A stretch of 24,000 bases of DNA from NCBI RefSeq assembly GCF_002760655.1, contig NZ_PDOC01000003.1, positions 200,840-224,839 on the forward strand, in the 5' to 3' direction. The notes beneath the pieces were generated by a model. It was not told where the DNA came from and ran no database searches. It worked only from the letters and a program-made list of their open reading frames with translations. Each line of letters opens with the position of its first letter. Positions within the stretch are counted from its first letter, which is position 1. This document shows, piece after piece, positions 12,736-22,300 of the stretch. A program made the position numbers and the translations under genes. This stretch comes from Massilia eurypsychrophila (GTDB lineage: Bacteria > Pseudomonadota > Gammaproteobacteria > Burkholderiales > Burkholderiaceae_D).

Positions 12736-14740
12736 TATCCTCGTTTTTTGGGAGTGGAAAAGGTGGCCGGATGGTGCTTCCGGCTCGTGCGATAGGGGTG
12801 TTCTGTAGTGATGCGAACAGCAATGCGGACATCGCCTGCGCCGGCTCCGGCTCGCCCAGCAGCGCGCCCTGGAACTGATCGCAGCCGGCCGCGGCGAGCA
12901 CCTCGAGCTGCGCTTCGGTGTCGACGCCGAGCGCGCGCACCGACAGGCCGAGCGCGCGCGCCAGGTGGATGATCGCCGCGACCATGTCGGCGCCGCCATC
13001 GGCGCCGATGTCGCGCACGAAAGCGCCATCGATCTTGAGGGCGTCGAAAGGCAGGTCGCGCAAGATGGTCAGGGACGCGCCGGCGCTGCCGAAATCGTCG
13101 ACCGCCAGGCGCACGCCGGCCGCGCGCACCGCGTCGAGCGCCGGCTTGACGTCGCCGGCGCCGACCAGCAGGCGTTCGGCAATCTCAAGTTCGAGCAGTC
13201 CAGCATCGATGCGGCATGTGGCCAGGTGCGCGGCGACCCGTTCGGGCAAGTTCGAGTGAATATGCATGGACCCCAGGTTGACCGACATGACCAGCGCCGG
13301 CAGCCCCGCCTTGTGCCATAGCGCGGCCTGGGCGCAGGCCGCGCCGATGGTCCAGTCGCCGACCTCGTCGAGCAGCTTGCGGTCGGTCACCCGGTGCAGG
13401 AACTGCGGCGCGGCCAGCAGGCCCTCGCGCGGATGGCGCCAGTACAGCAGCGCCTCGACGCCGGACAGCGCGCGGGTGCGCACGTCGGCGTGCGACTGGT
13501 ACTGCAGCGCCAGTTCACCGTTGTCGAGCGCCTGCCGCAGCTCGGCCGCCCAGCGCGCGTGTTCGACTTCGCGCGCGTTGAGCTCCTCGCGGAAGTATTC
13601 GATGCTGCCGCGGCGGTGCTGCTTGGCGTGGTACATGGCCGTGTTTGCATTGCGCAGCACGATGGCGGCGCTGGCGCCGTCCTGCGGATACAGGCCGATG
13701 CCGATCGACGACGAGGTGAAGATATGCTGGCCGGCGATCTCGAACGGCTGCGCGTTGGCCTGCTCGATCTTGCGCGCCACCAGGGCCGCGTTGGCGGAGG
13801 CGCCGGCGCCCTCGAGCAGCACGACGAATTCGTCGCCGCCGGGCCGCGCCGCCACGTCAGACACCCGCACTGCGGCCTGCAGGCGCCCGGCGAACAGGCG
13901 CAGCAGCGCGTCGCCGGCTTCGTGGCCGAGCAGGTCGTTGATGCGCTTGAAGCGGTCGAGGTCGAGGAACAGCACGGCGAACTCGCTGTGATGGCGCTCG
14001 GCGTAGGCGACGGCGTGTTCGAGCTGCTGGATCAGCGCGCGGCGGTTGAGCAGGCCGGTGAGGGCGTCGCGGATCGACAGCTCGTGGGCGCGCGTTTCGG
14101 CCAGCTTGCGCTCGGCCACCTCGAGCTCGAGTTCGGCGTTGATGCGTTCGAGGTCCTGCAGGCGCTGCACCCGCAGGTCCTGGTACAGCGCCGACAGTTC
14201 TTCGGTCTTTGCGACCAGCTCGAGGTTGTTGCGGGTCAGGGCGACGAACACGGCGACCTTGGTTTGCAGGATCTGCGGGATCACCGGGGTAAACAAGTAG
14301 TCGACTGCGCCTTTCTGGTAAGCCTGCAGGCGGTGCATTTCGTCGGCGTAGTGGGCGGTGATGAAGATGATCGGCACGGCCGCCGAGCGCGGATGCGAGT
14401 GGATCGCGTCGGCGGTTTCAAAACCGTCCATGCCCGGCATGTTCACGTCGAGCAGAATGACGGCGAATTCGTGCATCAGCACCTGGCGCAGCGCCTCGTG
14501 GCCTGAAGTGGCGGTGATGAGCTCGTACTGGCCGTCGGGCGCCGGTTGATTCAGCAGGCTCTCTAGCGCGAACAGGCTGGCCGGATCATCGTTGACTAGT
14601 AGGACTTTAGGGATCTGCACGTCGGGACAGGTCGGTTGGGGAAATCGTGTGGCGTTAATCGTTATATCGCGGACGACAGAAAAATAATCTTGCTGCCCGT
14701 TAGGGTAAGCATTATATTGTCGTTCGGAAACTAAGTGCAA
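12722..14740 (-). CDS. Response regulator with REC, coiled coil, GGDEF and EAL domains
   Basis: REC (KVLLVNDD...[14 protein letters not shown]...[10 protein letters not shown]). GGDEF with RVSD I-site five residues upstream ([18 protein letters not shown]). EAL domain ([41 protein letters not shown]). The track start is a TTG at 14740 inside AT-rich DNA; the in-frame GTG at 14620 (VQIPKVLLV) is an equally plausible start. Neither has a clear SD. Confidence 0.88.
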
Positions 14741-15055
14741 TTCTTATGCTAACAAAATAGCAACCCGGGAGCAAAGTTGGGGAAGGTTATCCGAAAAAAA
14801 CTTTCCCCGGCGCACGGCAGAAACGCGCCCGCCGTCAATTTTTGTGGCATTTAGCGCACAGTCAGACGACCTACCAATTGTCTCATTTTCGAGGCAACCC
14901 ATGGTAGTTACCGGCGCGATTCCTGCTACTTGGAAAATGGCAAAAAAATAATTTTTCGTTGAAGCATTTGTCGATTGAGTTTTGGTAATTAGTCAACTAC
15001 GATCACGTATTGATTCAAATTTGCGATGTCGCAGTGAGCGGGCGGGAGCAGCGAA

Positions 15056-15793
15056 ATGATTGAGTTAAGTCAGTTGATGAGGTTGGTCGATGCAACTTCC
15101 GAAGTGGCCTGGAGCGGTGCGCTTTTCGATATCGCGCATCAAATGGGCTTTGGCGGTGTCATGTACGCCGCATTGTTGTCAAAGCACGCGAACCTCGAGC
15201 ATCCATTTCTGTATAGCAATTATCCGAAAGCTTGGCGCGATCACTATGATGCGGCCAAGCTGCACAGCGTCGACCCGACCATTCGCCATTGCATGAACAG
15301 CGTGCTGCCGCTGATCTGGGAGCCCGACACCTTCCGCCACGCTGACAATCATAATTTGTACGATGAGTCGCGCCAGTTCGTCAAACGGTCGGGCATCACG
15401 TTCCCGATGCACGGTTGCAATGGCGAGATCGGCATGATCAGCTTTGCCACCGAGGAAATGGATGCGGAAGAGTTCAGCGCCCACCTGACCCACTACATGG
15501 CCGATTTGTCGCTGGTGCGCGATTACGCGTTCGACTCGTCCCTCAAGTTCATCAAGGCGCGCAGCCACGCTGAACCGGTGCCGCACCTGACCAAGCGCGA
15601 ACTGGAAGTGATTAAATGGGTGATGGCCGGCAAATCCTCGTGGGAAATCTCACGCATTACCGACTGTGCCGAAGCGACCATCAATTTTCACATTTCGAAT
15701 ATCCGCCAGAAGTTCAACGTCAATACCCGTCAGCAGGCGCTCGTCAAGGCGATCGCCCTCGGCATCATCACTCCAGAAGATCCACATCGCTGA
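15056..15793 (+). CDS. LuxR-family AHL-binding transcriptional regulator, LasR-like
   Basis: The autoinducer-binding domain carries SNYPKAWRDHYDAAKLHSVDPTIRHCMNSVLPLIWEP. I recall this as close to LasR [37 protein letters not shown]. The C-terminal LuxR HTH is LTKRELEVIKWVMAGKSSWEISRITDCAEATINFHISNIRQKFNV. GGGAG SD lies 9 nt before ATG 15056. Confidence 0.9.
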   Translation: MIELSQLMRLVDATSEVAWSGALFDIAHQMGFGGVMYAALLSKHANLEHPFLYSNYPKAWRDHYDAAKLHSVDPTIRHCMNSVLPLIWEPDTFRHADNHNLYDESRQFVKRSGITFPMHGCNGEIGMISFATEEMDAEEFSAHLTHYMADLSLVRDYAFDSSLKFIKARSHAEPVPHLTKRELEVIKWVMAGKSSWEISRITDCAEATINFHISNIRQKFNVNTRQQALVKAIALGIITPEDPHR

Positions 15794-16049
15794 CCTTGCC
15801 GTTGACGTACAGCTTGACCAGCAGCGCGACCGGAGGGGGAACCCCGAGGCCGGTCTCGAAGCGGCTGCCGCTCGACTGGGTCACGCCGAAGCGGGCCCAG
15901 AATGTGGCCTGGCTCTCGCGCTTGCTGATGCGAAATTGCCGCAATCCCATCTGACCCGGCCCGCGCAGCGGTTGGTTGGCCGCATCGTTGGCGGCGAACG
16001 ACACCGCGTCGCTGACAGCCGGCGCCTGCAGATTAAAGTCCTGGTCCAT
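15768..16049 (-). CDS. rsaL: RsaL-like small HTH repressor, convergent with the LuxR-family gene
   Basis: 93 aa with a strong GGAGGGG SD before ATG 16049. The core KRESQATFWARFGVTQSSGSRFETGLGVPPPVALLVKLYVNGKVSDVDL matches my recollection of the RsaL signature (RESQ.TFW.RFG..QS.GSRFE.G..P.P.ALL..Y..G). The position and orientation relative to luxR are canonical for rsaL. Its 3' end overlaps the luxR 3' end by 26 nt. Confidence 0.7.
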   Translation of the reverse strand: MDQDFNLQAPAVSDAVSFAANDAANQPLRGPGQMGLRQFRISKRESQATFWARFGVTQSSGSRFETGLGVPPPVALLVKLYVNGKVSDVDLLE

Positions 16050-16104
16050 GTCATCCCCTCCGCAAATCGATGGGTCCAGTATTCCACCTCGCGCCTTGCT
16101 TTTG

Positions 16105-16124
16105 AGCTATCACATCTACTAGTT
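16105..16124. promoter_or_regulatory. lux/las-box-like 20-mer (CT-N12-AG) in the rsaL-divergent promoter
   Basis: AGCTATCACATCTACTAGTT has the NNCT-N12-AGNN frame. By my count it shares 16/20 positions with the P. aeruginosa lasI box as I remember it (ATCTATCTCATTTGCTAGTT). It lies 56 nt upstream of the rsaL-like ATG. Confidence 0.45.
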
Positions 16125-16138
16125 ATGCAGATCACATA
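16124..16138. promoter_or_regulatory. RsaL-operator-like palindrome TATG-N7-CATA
   Basis: TATGCAGATCACATA directly abuts the lux-box-like element. It has the same half-sites and spacing as the RsaL site I recall in the lasI promoter (TATGAAATTTGCATA). The arms are short, so chance occurrence is not excluded. Confidence 0.4.
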
Positions 16139-16319
16139 AGTAAAGCTCCTGCGGTCATCGGCCGTCTTTTTCGCGCTGTTGATCTTGATTGTCGGACGCT
16201 ACGGGGTTTTCCGTCGGAAAAAATTGCCGCACGAGATGTGTTTGCCGTCGTCATTAATAGTATATTGACAGCACGGCGGCGCTGCAGTGCCAGTCCGCTT
16301 CGGGACAAGGTTTTCGACG

Positions 16320-19295
16320 ATGACGCAAGCGATTTCGGGCAGCATGGGCAGCACGGTGACCGGCGGCGGACCGGCGTGGCTGCGGTTGCGAGCGGCCGGC
16401 CTGATTTTCTCGGCGCTGGTCGGTGCCGGGCTGTATACAGTCGCTGCCAACACCGTCGAGGGCGATGCGCGCCAGCGTTTCAACGGCATCGCGCGCATCG
16501 CCCAGTCGGCCCTGGCGGCGCGCCTGGCCACCTTCAATGACCTGGTGCGCGGCACCACCGCCTTGTTCGAGGCGTCCGACGATCCGGTCACGCGGCTGCA
16601 GTTTCACCGCTACGTCGCCGCGCTCGACGTGCCGCGCAATTTCCCCGAGGTCGACCTGCTGTCGTACGCCGCCAGCGTCGACGACGCCGGGCGCGACGCC
16701 TTCGTCGCCCGGGTGCGGGCCGACCGCAGCCTGGCGCCGGGCGGCTATCCGGCGTTCGACATCCTGCCTGCCGGCCGGCGCGAGCGCTACGAAGTGCTCA
16801 CCTTCGTCGAGCCGGCGCGCCACTTCAGCCGCTACTTCGGCGCCGACATCGCGCAAAACCCGGCGATCGCCGAGGCGCTGGCGCAGTCGCGCGACACCGG
16901 GCAGCTCAGTTCCGGCGTGCCGATCATGTTCGACGCGCCGTCGCCGCACATCGGCCTTGGCATCGGCCGGCCGGTGTACCGCAAAGGCGTGCCGCTGACC
17001 GATGCCGCGGCCAGGCGCGCCGCCTTCCTCGGCATGGTCGGCGTCGAGTTCAGCGTGCCAGGCCTGGCGCAGGGCGTACTGGGGCAGGTCGGCATGCCCG
17101 GCCTGCGCGTGGCGCTGTACGCCGCCGGCAGCGCCGCGGCGGACCAGCGCGCGCTGGCAATTGGCCGCGGCGACCGGCTGCTGTTCGGCGCAGGTCCGCT
17201 GCGCGACGCCAGTTTCGAGGCGGTGCTGCCGGTCGACTTCAACGGCAGTCTGTGGAAGGCGCGCTTCACGCTGCCGCGCTCCGACCTGTACAGCCAGTTC
17301 GACCGCGCCTTTCCCTTTCTCGCGCTGGCCATCGGGGTGGTGGTGGGCCTGCTGGTGTATGCATTCTTCTTCACCCTGTTCTGGTCGCGTCGGGTGGCGA
17401 TCGCCCAGCGGCTGCTGCTCGACACGGTGCTCGACAGCGTCGAGGCGCATGTCTACATGAAGGATCGCGAGCGGCGCTTCACCTACATCAACGCGCGCAC
17501 CGCCGAAGCGATGGGGAAAGCGCCGCAGGAGGTGATCGGCAAGTTCGATCGCGACGTGCTGCCGGCGGCGCTGGCCGACGCCTACTGGGAGCAGGACCGC
17601 AGCGTGTTCGACAACGGCGTATCCAGCGCCGGGCAGCACCAGTTCACCCGGCTCGATGGCCAGGTGCGCCAGTTCTGGACTGTGAAAGTGCCGGTGATGG
17701 AAGCGGGCGAAGTGGCCGCGGTGATCGGCCTGTCGACCGACGTCACCGAGCTGCATGAACTGAAGGCGCAGGCCGATGCCGCCAGCCTGGCCAAGAGTAA
17801 CTTCCTGTCGAACATGAGCCATGAGATCCGCACGCCGATGAACAGCATCATCGGCATGACGCACCTGGCGCTCAAGTCGGCCGCCACGCCGAAGCAGCGC
17901 GACTACCTCGAAAAGATCTACCACTCCAGCCAGCACCTGCTCGGCATCATCAACGACATCCTCGATTTTTCCAAGATCGAAGCCGGCAAGCTGGATCTGG
18001 AAGTGATCGACTTCAGCGTCGCCACGCTGATGGAAAACATTGCGCACCAGCTGGGCGAAGCGGCCAGCTGCCGCCGCCTGGCGCTTGAATTCGAGCTGGC
18101 GCCCGGCCTGCCGCGCCAACTGCGCGGCGACCCGCTGCGGCTCGAGCAGGTGCTGCTCAACTTTACCGGCAACGCCATCAAGTTCTCGGAGGATGGCGTG
18201 GTGCGCATCCACGCCGTCGCGCTCGAGGACACCGAGCACGATGCGCTGGTGCGCTTCGAGGTGCGCGACAACGGCATCGGCATGACCGGCGCCGAAGTGG
18301 GCGAGTTGTTCAAGTCGTTCCACCAGGCCGACCCGTCGACCACCCGCAAGTACGGCGGCACCGGGCTGGGACTGGTGATCAGCAAGCAGCTGGTCGAACT
18401 GATGGGCGGCAGCGTCGGCGTCGACAGCGCGCCCGGCGTCGGCAGCACCTTCTGGTTCACCGCGCGCCTTGGCAAGGGCGTCAGGTTCATGCGCGCCGGG
18501 CCGGCGCCGGCGCCGCGCGAAGTGCTCGACCAGATCGCCGGCGCGGCCATCCTGCTGGTCGAGGACAACGTCTTCAGCCAGCAGGTCGGCCAGGAGCTGC
18601 TGGAAGAAGCCAGCGCCACCGTCGTCGTCGCCTGCAACGGCAAGGAAGCGGTCGACCTGATGCTGCGGCGCTGCTTCGACTGCGTGCTGATGGACCTGCA
18701 GATGCCGGTGATGGACGGCTTCGAGACGACCCGCATGATCCGCTCCGATCCGCGCCTGCGCGAGGCGGTGGTGATCGCCCTGACGGCCAACGCCGGCCGC
18801 GACGACCGGGCGCGGGCGCTGGCGGCCGGCATGGACGAATTTGTCAGCAAGCCGACTTCGCCGAACCAGCTGTTCGAGGTGATCGCCCGCTGCCTGCGCG
18901 CGCACGCTGCGCCGGCCGCCGCGCCCCTTGCGTGCGAGGCGGCGCCGCCGCTGTTCGACATGGCGGCGCTGGCGCTGACCTTCGGCGCCAACCCGCAGAA
19001 GATGCGCAAGTACGCCTTCATGTTCCTCGATTCTGCCGGCGACGGCCTGGCCGTCGTCGGCGAGGCGCTGGCGCGCGCCGACATCGAGCGCGCCGCCGAT
19101 ACCGGGCACCGGATGAAATCGGCCGCGCGCGCGGTCGGCGCGATGGAGTTTGCCCAGCTGTGCCAGCAGCTCGAACAGCTGCGCATCGGCGGCTCGGTGG
19201 CCGAAGCGAGTCTGTTGCTGGGGCGCATGGTGGCACTGCGCGCGCTGCTCGCCGAGCACATGGCCAGCGAACTGGCCGAACCGGCGTCCGGATGA
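16320..19295 (+). CDS. Unorthodox hybrid sensor kinase: TM, periplasmic CHASE, TM, PAS, HisKA, HATPase_c, REC, Hpt
   Basis: CHASE-like periplasmic region (VTRLQFHRYVAALDV...ERYEVLTFVEPARHF...GADIAQNPAIAEALAQSRDTGQ). TM segment FPFLALAIGVVVGLLVYAFFFTLFW. PAS (VEAHVYMKDRERRFTYINARTAEAMG). H-box SNFLSNMSHEIRTPMNS. G2 box GGTGLGLVISKQLVELMGG. REC (ILLVEDN...VLMDLQMPVMDGF). Hpt (GHRMKSAARAVGA). The start is uncertain: GTG 16287, ATG 16320 or ATG 16344. Confidence 0.9.
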   Translation: MTQAISGSMGSTVTGGGPAWLRLRAAGLIFSALVGAGLYTVAANTVEGDARQRFNGIARIAQSALAARLATFNDLVRGTTALFEASDDPVTRLQFHRYVAALDVPRNFPEVDLLSYAASVDDAGRDAFVARVRADRSLAPGGYPAFDILPAGRRERYEVLTFVEPARHFSRYFGADIAQNPAIAEALAQSRDTGQLSSGVPIMFDAPSPHIGLGIGRPVYRKGVPLTDAAARRAAFLGMVGVEFSVPGLAQGVLGQVGMPGLRVALYAAGSAAADQRALAIGRGDRLLFGAGPLRDASFEAVLPVDFNGSLWKARFTLPRSDLYSQFDRAFPFLALAIGVVVGLLVYAFFFTLFWSRRVAIAQRLLLDTVLDSVEAHVYMKDRERRFTYINARTAEAMGKAPQEVIGKFDRDVLPAALADAYWEQDRSVFDNGVSSAGQHQFTRLDGQVRQFWTVKVPVMEAGEVAAVIGLSTDVTELHELKAQADAASLAKSNFLSNMSHEIRTPMNSIIGMTHLALKSAATPKQRDYLEKIYHSSQHLLGIINDILDFSKIEAGKLDLEVIDFSVATLMENIAHQLGEAASCRRLALEFELAPGLPRQLRGDPLRLEQVLLNFTGNAIKFSEDGVVRIHAVALEDTEHDALVRFEVRDNGIGMTGAEVGELFKSFHQADPSTTRKYGGTGLGLVISKQLVELMGGSVGVDSAPGVGSTFWFTARLGKGVRFMRAGPAPAPREVLDQIAGAAILLVEDNVFSQQVGQELLEEASATVVVACNGKEAVDLMLRRCFDCVLMDLQMPVMDGFETTRMIRSDPRLREAVVIALTANAGRDDRARALAAGMDEFVSKPTSPNQLFEVIARCLRAHAAPAAAPLACEAAPPLFDMAALALTFGANPQKMRKYAFMFLDSAGDGLAVVGEALARADIERAADTGHRMKSAARAVGAMEFAQLCQQLEQLRIGGSVAEASLLLGRMVALRALLAEHMASELAEPASG

Positions 19296-19368
19296 GCGCG
19301 GCCCTACCGCCGGCGCCGTAAAAATAGTATGCTGTGGCGCTGCCGACTCGGCCATTTAACGGAACACC

Positions 19369-22300
19369 ATGGCATCTCCCGTCTCGCCCGGACTCCTGAT
19401 CCTGCACGGTAACCAGCTCGAACAATTGCGCGCCGCGCTGTTCGGCTGGCTGCGCAATCATCCGCTCGCGCCGCTCGAGTCGGAGATCATCCTGGTGCAG
19501 TCGAACGGCGTGGCCGAATGGCTGAAGATCGCGCTGGCCGAGGAAACGGGCGTGTGCGCCGCCACCCGCGTGGCGCTGCCGGCGCGCTTTCTGTGGGAAG
19601 CCTACCGCGGCATGCTCGGCGCCGAGCGGGTGCCGAAACGCTCGCCGTTCGACAAGGCGCCCCTGACGTGGCGCCTGATGCGCCTGTTGCCGGCGCTGCT
19701 GTCAAACGACGGCTTCGCGCCGCTGCGCCACTTTCTCGGCGACGGCGACCCGGAACGCCGGCTGCAGCTGGCCGAACGCCTGTCCGACCTGTTCGACCAG
19801 TACCAGGTGTACCGCGCCGACTGGCTCGACGACTGGGCGGCGGGGCGCGACGTGCTGCGCAACGCGCGCGGTGAGGCGGCGCCGCTGCCGGTCGAACAAT
19901 TGTGGCAGGCGCAGCTCTGGCGCGCCGTCAACGACAGCCTGCCGGCGCAGCTGCGCCAGTCCGGGCGCGCCACCATCCACAGCGAATTCGTACACGCCAG
20001 CGAGAACGGCGCGCTGCCTGCGGCCAGGCTGCCGCGCCGCGTCGTCGTGTTCGGCATCTCGGCGCTGCCGTACCAGACCTTGCAGGCGGTGGCGGCGCTA
20101 TCGCGCCACTGCCAGGTGCTGCTGGCGGTGCCCAATCCGTGCCAGTTCTACTGGGGCGACATCATCGAAGGGCACGAGCTGCTCAAGGCGCGCCACCGGC
20201 GCCAGCAGCCGCGTGGCGGCATCGACCTGTCGCACGTGCCGATCGAAGACATGCACTCGCACAGCCATCCGCTGCTGGCGAGCTGGGGCCGGCAAGGGCG
20301 CGACTTTGTCCGCATGCTCGACGAATTCGACAGCGCCGCCGAGGGCCGCTTCGAGAACATGCGGGTCGACCTGTTCAGCGAAGGTGAGGGCGACACCTTG
20401 CTCGGCCAGGTGCAGGCCGCGGTGCGCGACCTGCTGCCGCTGGCGGAGCATGCGCGCCTGGCGCCCGATCCAAGCGATCGCTCGATCGAATTTCATGTCA
20501 CCCACAGCGTGCAGCGCGAAGTCGAGGTGCTGCACGACCAGCTGCTGTCGTGGTTTGCCGCCGGCGACGCGGACGGCGCGCCGGCATTGCGCCCGCGCGA
20601 CGTGGTCGTGATGGTGCCCGACATCGATACGTTTTCGGCGGCGATCCATGCCGTCTTCGAGCAGCACAAGCGCAGCGACGCGCGCTTCATCCCGTTCGAG
20701 ATCGGCGACGTCAAGGATCGCAGCGTCAACCCGCTGCTGGTGGCGCTCGAGTGGCTGCTGCGCCTGCCGCAGCAGCGTTGCCGCCAGAGCGAGGTGCGCG
20801 ACCTGCTCGACGTGCCGGCGCTGGCGGCCCGCTTCGGCCTCGAGGACGAAGACCTGGCCACCCTCGGCCAGTGGATCGAGGGCGCCAGCGTGCGCTGGGG
20901 ACTGGACCAGCAGCACCGCGATGGCCTGGGCCTCGGTTCGGCCGGCGAGCAGAATGCCTGGATCTTCGGGGTGCGGCGCATGCTGCTCGGTTACGCCAGC
21001 GGCGCCGGCGCCAGCTTCGCCGGCATCGAGCCGTACGCCGAAGTGGGCGGGCTCGATGCCGCGCTGGCCGGCTCGCTGGCGCAGCTGATCGAGACGCTGC
21101 TGGCGTGGCGCGCCAGCCTGGCGCAGTCGCGCACCCCGACCGAATGGGGCGAGCAGGCGCGCGCTCTGCTGGCGGCGTTTTTCGACGGTTCGGCAGAGGG
21201 CGACCGCCTCACGCTGGCGCAACTGCGCGAAGCGCTGCAGAACTGGCTCGAGACGTGCGACAACGCCGAATTTGCCGAACCGGTGCCGCTGGCGGTGCTG
21301 CGCGAAGCGTGGCTTGGCGCGCTCGACGAGCCGACCTTGAATCACCAGTTCGTCTCCGGCGGCGTGACCTTCTGCAGCCTGATGCCGATGCGCGCGGTGC
21401 CGTTTCGCGTGGTGTGCCTGCTTGGCATGAACGACGGCGACTTTCCGCGCCGCGCGCGCCAGGCCGATTTCGACCTGCTCGCGCTGCCCGGCATGGCGCG
21501 ACCGGGCGACCGCTCGCGCCGCGACGACGACCGCTACCTGATGCTCGAAGCGCTGCTGGCCGCGCGCGACAAGCTGTACGTCAGCTGGGTCGGGCGCAAC
21601 GTGCGCGACAACAGCGAGCAGCCGGCCTCGGTGCTGGTGTCGCAGCTGCGCGACTACCTGAAGGCCGGCTGGCAGCTCGACCTCGATGCAATGACCACCG
21701 AGCACGCGCTGCAGCCGTTCAGCCGCCGCTATTTTGAACAGGGCGGCTTGCCGACCTACGCCGGCGAATGGCGCGCCGCCCACGCCGCCGCCGCCGCCGG
21801 CGACGACGCGCCGTTGCCGCCGTTCGAACTCGATGGCGAATACCGCCTGAAGCTTGCTGAACTGGCCAAGTTCCTCAAGCAGCCGGCGCGCTACTTTTTC
21901 CAGCGCCGGCTTGGCGTCTGGTTCGCCGACGCCGATGCGCTGGGACAGGACGAGGAGCCGTTCTCGTTCAATGCGCTGGAGCGCTACCTGCTCGAAGACA
22001 GCCTGCTCGACGACGGCGGCGCGCCGGAAGCACTAAGCGAAGTGCGCGCCAGCCTGGCTGCCCGCGCCGAACGGCTCGGACGCGAAGGCGTGCTGCCGAT
22101 CGGCCTGATCGGCCGCAAGTGGGAAGAGCAGCTGATCGAAGGCCTGGTGCCGGTGCGCACCGCCTGGCTGACCCTGGGCGCGCGTTTTCCGGAGCAGGCG
22201 CCCAAGCTCCCCATCAGCCTGCGCTTCGGCGGCATCGAGCTCGATGACTGGATCGACAAGCTGCGCACCAGCGAAGTCGGCGCCGCGTGGCTGATGCAGA

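Noticed and set aside
12736-13029. 98-codon N-terminal extension of the kinase ORF in the track (7831..13029)
   Set aside because: The extension lies entirely inside the EAL-coding region in another frame and is Arg/Ser/Cys-rich. An ATG with a GAGG SD at 12735 starts the HAMP-containing protein cleanly.
14869-14888. ACCTACCAATTGTCTCATTT upstream of the luxR-type gene, resembling a lux/las box; also TGCGA-N2-TCGCA at 15022-15033
   Set aside because: Only the left half-site matches the ACCTGCCAGTT-type consensus and the right half lacks the CAGGT arm. The second element is a 5-bp-arm dyad that could arise by chance in about 300 bp. Both are worth testing only after the 16105-16138 site.
14741-15055. 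315-bp AT-rich intergenic region considered as a possible sRNA gene or mobile-element scar
   Set aside because: I could find no terminal inverted repeats, direct-repeat target duplications, convincing stem-loop with U-tract or conserved RNA motif. It is most simply a divergent promoter region belonging to the AT-richer luxR/rsaL islet.
16254-19355. 1033-aa minus-strand ORF opposite the CHASE kinase. Similar long antisense or offset ORFs occur at 20098-21783, 3763-5067, 3768-5069, 2511-3449, 7816-8757, 13394-14506 and 1265-2137
   Set aside because: All are Arg/Ala/Gly/Pro-rich with no domain signatures. Each overlaps a gene whose frame shows clear family motifs. They are explained by the scarcity of stop codons in GC-rich sequence.
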